Shown in pieces: positions 44,450-48,299 of a stretch of DNA of 48,299 bases. The translations under genes and the position numbers were made by a program. Numbering within the stretch: the stretch's first letter is position 1; the number at the start of each line of letters is the position of its first letter. The stretch comes from an uncultured Candidatus Saccharibacteria bacterium (GTDB lineage Bacteria > Patescibacteriota > Minisyncoccia > Phycocordibacterales > UBA9973), in NCBI GenBank assembly GCA_964618925.1, contig CAZUCZ010000002.1, positions 1 through 48,299 on the forward strand, in the 5' to 3' direction. Under the pieces are notes generated by a model that saw only the letters and a program-made list of their open reading frames with translations, was not told the DNA's origin and did no database searches.

Positions 44450-45703
44450 ATGGAGTTAAAATCTTTTAAAAAAATAAAATTACCGAATTCTCCAGGGGTA
44501 TATTTTTTCCTTGGCTCGCCGAAGGGTACCAAAGGAGGCTATAAAGGGAAAAGTATTCTATATATTGGAAAAGCGACTTCACTCAAAGATAGAGTCAAGA
44601 GTTATTTCGGTAAAGATCTCATAGAGACACGCGGCCCACTCTTGGTGGATATGGTTTTTCATGCTGATAATATTAAATTTGAAAAGACTGACAGCGTACT
44701 CGAAGCGCTCATCCTTGAGGCTGAGCTCATAAAGAAATACCAGCCAAAATATAATACCAAAGAAAAATCAGATAAAAGTTTTAATTATGTATGTGTTACC
44801 AAAGGCGCGCGTTCTGATATTTTAGATTTACCAAAAGTGATAATTGTGCGGGGCAAGGACCTAAAGAATTTTTCTGGTAATTTCTTTGGACCATTTCCAA
44901 ATAGTAGTCAGCTTCGCGAGGCGCTCAAGATCGTTCGTCGCATTTTTCCATTTCTTGATGATAAAAGTAAAAATTATTTAGAATTTTATAAGCAGATAAA
45001 TCTCGTCCCTGATTTACAAGATACAGAGATGTATCTGAAAAATATTAAAAATATTAAATTATTTTTCCAGGGTAAAAAGAAAGAAATTTTAAGAAATTTA
45101 AAGAAGGAGATGACCGCATATGCAAAAGCACGTGCCTTTGAAAAAGCAGGGGAGCTCAAGAGGCAGATATTTGCCTTGCAGCATATAAACGATATAGCCC
45201 TTATGAAATATACCCCAAATAGTAGGTCACTCAGCGGTGATAAGCTTTTCAGGATAGAGGCGTATGATATTGCACACATGAGTGGCAAGAATATGGTGGG
45301 GGTAATGACCGTGCTTGAAGATGGGCAGGTTCAAAAAAGCGAATACAAAAAATTTAAAATCCGCACCCAGGCTGATGCAAACGACACAGGTGCCCTGAGG
45401 GAAGTTCTAGAAAGGAGGCTCGCTCATAGTGAATGGACTTTACCGGACTTGATTGTCGTTGATGGGGGTGTGGCGCAGATAAATGTAACTCATAAAGTCT
45501 TAAAAGAAATGAAAATGGATATACGTATAGTATCTGTCTTAAAAGACGAGAGACATAAACCAAAAGACATCATGGGTGACAGGGAAAGTGCCATGAAATA
45601 CAGAAAAGAGATATTGCTTGCAAACAGCGAAGCACATAGGTTCGCTATCGCGTACCATAAAAATATGCGTAATAAGAACTTTTTACAGAAAGTTAGTAAG
45701 TAG
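44450..45703 (+). CDS. uvrC: Excinuclease ABC subunit C, shortened form
   Basis: GIY-YIG motifs (PGVYFF..ILYIGKATSLKDRV), UVR domain (FEKAGELKRQIFALQHI), and the endonuclease motif IEAYDIAHMSG. At 417 aa it has no C-terminal HhH region. Confidence 0.85.
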   Translation: MELKSFKKIKLPNSPGVYFFLGSPKGTKGGYKGKSILYIGKATSLKDRVKSYFGKDLIETRGPLLVDMVFHADNIKFEKTDSVLEALILEAELIKKYQPKYNTKEKSDKSFNYVCVTKGARSDILDLPKVIIVRGKDLKNFSGNFFGPFPNSSQLREALKIVRRIFPFLDDKSKNYLEFYKQINLVPDLQDTEMYLKNIKNIKLFFQGKKKEILRNLKKEMTAYAKARAFEKAGELKRQIFALQHINDIALMKYTPNSRSLSGDKLFRIEAYDIAHMSGKNMVGVMTVLEDGQVQKSEYKKFKIRTQADANDTGALREVLERRLAHSEWTLPDLIVVDGGVAQINVTHKVLKEMKMDIRIVSVLKDERHKPKDIMGDRESAMKYRKEILLANSEAHRFAIAYHKNMRNKNFLQKVSK

Positions 45704-45738
45704 TTGGATTTTGCTTAAAAAGGGCATATCATAAAAAC

Positions 45739-47436
45739 ATGAATCCAGAAACAAGATTTTGTAAAAATTGCACAAAAGAATTTACGATCGAAGTCGATGA
45801 CTTTAGTTTTTATAGAAAAGTAGGCGTACAAGATCCAGGTCTATGCGTGGAGTGTCGAGCGCAGCTAAGGCATATTTTTAGGAATGAGAGAAATTTCTAC
45901 AAGCGGAACTGCGATCTTTGCGGTGAAAGTATGATAACCATCTGGTCTCCAAACAAAGAGACCCTCGTGTATTGTGTGTCTTGCTGGTGGAGCGACAAAT
46001 GGGATCCATATATGTATGGCATCTCGTATGACCCTACTAAAACTTTTTTTGAACAAATAGGTGAATTGTATAAAAATGTTCCCAAGCCAGCTCTGATCGG
46101 GACACGCAATGTTGATTCTAATTATCTCAATTATGTGGCTGACTGTAATAGATGCTATATGATTTTTGAAAGTTCTAATAACGAGGACTGCATTCATTGT
46201 TATTGGATCCAACTCTCCAAAGACTTAGTGGATTGTTCGTTTACAAACAAAGTCGAGCGCTCGTATGAGAGCGATGATTGCTATGATTCATATGGGCTTT
46301 TGTATTCAAAAGGTTGTTATTCTTGCACTGATAGCTATTTTCTCTTGGATTGTCGTGGGTGCACTGACTCTATTGGATGTATAAATTTACGAAACAAGAG
46401 CCACTGTATTTTAAATGTACAATATACAAAAGAAGAGTATGAGAAAATCAAAAAAGAATTACGACTCGATACATATACCGGTGTAGAAAATTTTCGCCAA
46501 AAATTTAATGAATTTATAAAACATCAACCACGAAAATTTAACGAAGCGACGAACGCGATACATTCTACGGGCAACTATCTCTCGAACATAAAAAATAGTA
46601 GAAAAGTTTTTCATTCATACGAAGCCGAAGATAATGCATATTCTTGTCATGTCTGGCGTGATGCCAAGGATTGTTTTGACTGTCATACAGCAGGGAGAAG
46701 CGCTGAACGCATTTATAATTCTACTAACACAGGTATCCAAGCTTCAAATTGTATTTGTTGCCATAATTGTTGGAGTTCAAATTTTACAGAGTACTCTTTT
46801 TATTGTTTTAATGGAGTAAATGTTTTCGGATGTGTTGGGCTGCAAAAAGCTACTTATACTATTTTAAATAAAAAATACAGCAAAGAAGAGTATGAAAAGA
46901 TACGTACTCAAATCATAGAGGAACTTAAAAAAGAAAATATGTATGGAGAATTTTTCCCGAAAGAGCTAGCGCTTTTTGGGTACAATGAAACAACCGCCAT
47001 GGAAGAGTCTCCACTTTCAAAAGAAGACGCTTTGGCACAAGGTTATAAATGGGAAGACACCCCTCGGGGCACATATGGCAAGCAAACAAAGGCATCACAC
47101 GAAATTCCTGACGGAATACATGATATAGATTTTGATGCGACAAAGGAAATTTTTGAATGTATTGAGTGCAAGAAGAATTATCGTATTATTCAAAATGAAT
47201 TTTTGTTTTATAAAAAACTCTCTATCCCACTACCGAGGCTTTGCCCTGACTGTAGGCATGCAAGGCGTATGAAAAATAGGGGACCAAATAAACTCTGGCA
47301 TAGATCATGTATGTGTGATAAAAAGAATCATGCACATGGAGAACAAAAATGTCCTGTAGAATTTGAGACGAGTTATGCACCCGAGAGGACTGAAGTTATT
47401 TATTGCGAGAAATGTTATCAGCAGGAAGTATATTAA
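45739..47436 (+). CDS. Cys-rich hypothetical protein with homologous N- and C-terminal zinc-ribbon-like modules
   Basis: 565 aa. N-terminal module FCKNCTKEFTI..DFSFYRKVGV..PGLCVECR...VYCVSCW. C-terminal module FECIECKKNYRI..EFLFYKKLSIPLPRLCPDCR...IYCEKCY. The middle holds repeated Cys-containing units. Confidence 0.7.
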   Translation: MNPETRFCKNCTKEFTIEVDDFSFYRKVGVQDPGLCVECRAQLRHIFRNERNFYKRNCDLCGESMITIWSPNKETLVYCVSCWWSDKWDPYMYGISYDPTKTFFEQIGELYKNVPKPALIGTRNVDSNYLNYVADCNRCYMIFESSNNEDCIHCYWIQLSKDLVDCSFTNKVERSYESDDCYDSYGLLYSKGCYSCTDSYFLLDCRGCTDSIGCINLRNKSHCILNVQYTKEEYEKIKKELRLDTYTGVENFRQKFNEFIKHQPRKFNEATNAIHSTGNYLSNIKNSRKVFHSYEAEDNAYSCHVWRDAKDCFDCHTAGRSAERIYNSTNTGIQASNCICCHNCWSSNFTEYSFYCFNGVNVFGCVGLQKATYTILNKKYSKEEYEKIRTQIIEELKKENMYGEFFPKELALFGYNETTAMEESPLSKEDALAQGYKWEDTPRGTYGKQTKASHEIPDGIHDIDFDATKEIFECIECKKNYRIIQNEFLFYKKLSIPLPRLCPDCRHARRMKNRGPNKLWHRSCMCDKKNHAHGEQKCPVEFETSYAPERTEVIYCEKCYQQEVY

Positions 47437-47437
47437 T

Positions 47438-47914
47438 ATGAAAAAACAAGAAAATATTTTAATACTCAATGATATCCGAAGCATAGAAAACGTCGGGGCG
47501 ATGTTTCGCACTGCTGATGCAGTGGGTGTAGATAAGATTTATCTTTGTGGGTATACTCCTGCGCCGATAGACCGCTTTGGAAGGAAGAGAAAAGATTTAG
47601 CCAAGTCTGCACTTGGCGCCGAAGAATTTGTAAAATGGGAGCAAAAAAAATTAGTCTGCCCGGTGATAGCTAAAATGAAACGAGATGGGTTTAAAGTCAT
47701 AGCCATTGAGCAAGATGAAAAATCCGTCGACTATAAAAAGGTAAAACTAGGTGCAAAAAATGCATTTATTGTCGGCACAGAGGTTACCGGTATCCCAAAA
47801 GATGTGTTGGAAAGATGCGACATAATAGCCGAGATACCCATGAAAGGGAAGAAAGAATCACTCAACGTATCTGTGGCTACTGGTATAGCATTATTTAGAA
47901 TACTTAATATTTAG
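47438..47914 (+). CDS. SpoU/TrmH-family RNA 2'-O-methyltransferase
   Basis: NVGAMFRTADAVGV motif and C-terminal ESLNVSVATGIALF motif. The ATG at 47438 is preferred over the upstream track start, which overlaps the previous gene. Confidence 0.8.
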   Translation: MKKQENILILNDIRSIENVGAMFRTADAVGVDKIYLCGYTPAPIDRFGRKRKDLAKSALGAEEFVKWEQKKLVCPVIAKMKRDGFKVIAIEQDEKSVDYKKVKLGAKNAFIVGTEVTGIPKDVLERCDIIAEIPMKGKKESLNVSVATGIALFRILNI

Positions 47915-47927
47915 AATCTTAAAAATC

Positions 47928-48012
47928 AAACTTTCAGCCGGTACGGATTTTTTGAAGCTTAAAAATTCCTGAAGTTGGCTCGTCGTCACTCGCCAAACCT
48001 CTTTAAAAGTTT
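47928..48012 (+). repeat. 85-bp structured intergenic repeat, family A, copy 3
   Basis: aaactttcagccggtacggattttttgaagctt...cctctttaaaagttt, lying between the methyltransferase stop and the mutM stop. Confidence 0.8.
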
Positions 48013-48026
48013 ATTTTTAGGATTCT

Positions 48027-48299
48027 TTATTTCTGACACTGGGGGCAAAATATAGTTGTTCTGCCACCAACGATTATTTTCTCAAGTGGCGTTTTGCAAC
48101 GTGGGCAGCGTTGTCCTACTTTTCCATATACCTTGTGTTCTCTACCATAATTACCCTTGGTATTATCGAGGAGGCGATAGCTCGCCATAGAAGAGCCACC
48201 GACTTCGACAGCACGTTTCAATATCCGTATTATTGCTATATGTAATTTACTGACTTCAGAAGGTGAAAGAGAGTTCGCATTTCGCTCTGGGTGTATGCG
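48027..48299 (-). CDS. mutM: Formamidopyrimidine-DNA glycosylase (Fpg/MutM), C-terminal part; continues beyond the window
   Basis: C-terminal zinc finger CPRCKTPLEKIIVGGRTTIFCPQCQ. The frame stays open to base 48299 (..IHPERNANSLSPSEVSKLH.., H2TH region). Confidence 0.85.
   Translation of the reverse strand, partial: RIHPERNANSLSPSEVSKLHIAIIRILKRAVEVGGSSMASYRLLDNTKGNYGREHKVYGKVGQRCPRCKTPLEKIIVGGRTTIFCPQCQK

Noticed and set aside
1-48299. Alternative genetic code (UGA as a sense codon, as in some CPR lineages), CRISPR arrays, and rRNA genes
   Set aside because: Conserved genes end at TGA, TAA or TAG at the expected positions (for example pcrA ends ..IYI TGA), and no in-frame TGA interrupts conserved domains. 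I saw no regularly spaced direct repeats and no rRNA-like sequence.

Overview
This is an AT-rich, gene-dense chromosomal window. By gene content and protein style it looks like a Candidate Phyla Radiation / Patescibacteria (Parcubacteria-like) genome using the standard genetic code; this lineage call is an inference, and no database search was possible. The centre holds the classical replication-origin neighbourhood: jag-yidC-yidD-rnpA-rpmH on the minus strand, then dnaA-dnaN on the plus strand with an AT-rich, DnaA-box-bearing spacer. Housekeeping genes surround it: pcrA, rsmA, class A PBP, tyrS, ruvC, ruvB, polA, a short holA-like gene, tRNA-Lys(UUU), uvrB-uvrA-uvrC, a SpoU/TrmH methyltransferase and a partial mutM. 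The most interesting content is a roughly 13 kb plus-strand cluster (about 6.5-19.6 kb) resembling a Gram-positive-type type IV secretion (T4SS) core. It encodes a VirB6/TrbL-like polytopic protein, a PrgI/VirB3-like protein, a VirB4 ATPase interrupted by a single in-frame TAA, and a pilin-like two-TM protein fused to a lytic-transglycosylase domain. It also encodes five sizeable proteins of unknown function. No relaxase, coupling protein or integrase is visible in the window. A second pilin-like protein, fused instead to an NlpC/P60 peptidase, lies 15 kb away directly downstream of an orphan PilB/GspE-type ATPase. The two pilin modules form a 336-bp inverted repeat with only 6 mismatches, all synonymous, and this repeat brackets the whole dnaA/oriC segment. 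Other notable features are two families of structured intergenic repeats, a 141-bp element closed by a 19-bp stem, and many extended -10 boxes placed 6-9 nt from start codons, which suggests leaderless mRNAs. There is also a 565-aa Cys-rich protein with homologous N- and C-terminal zinc-ribbon-like modules. I found no CRISPR array, rRNA gene, transposase or reverse transcriptase.
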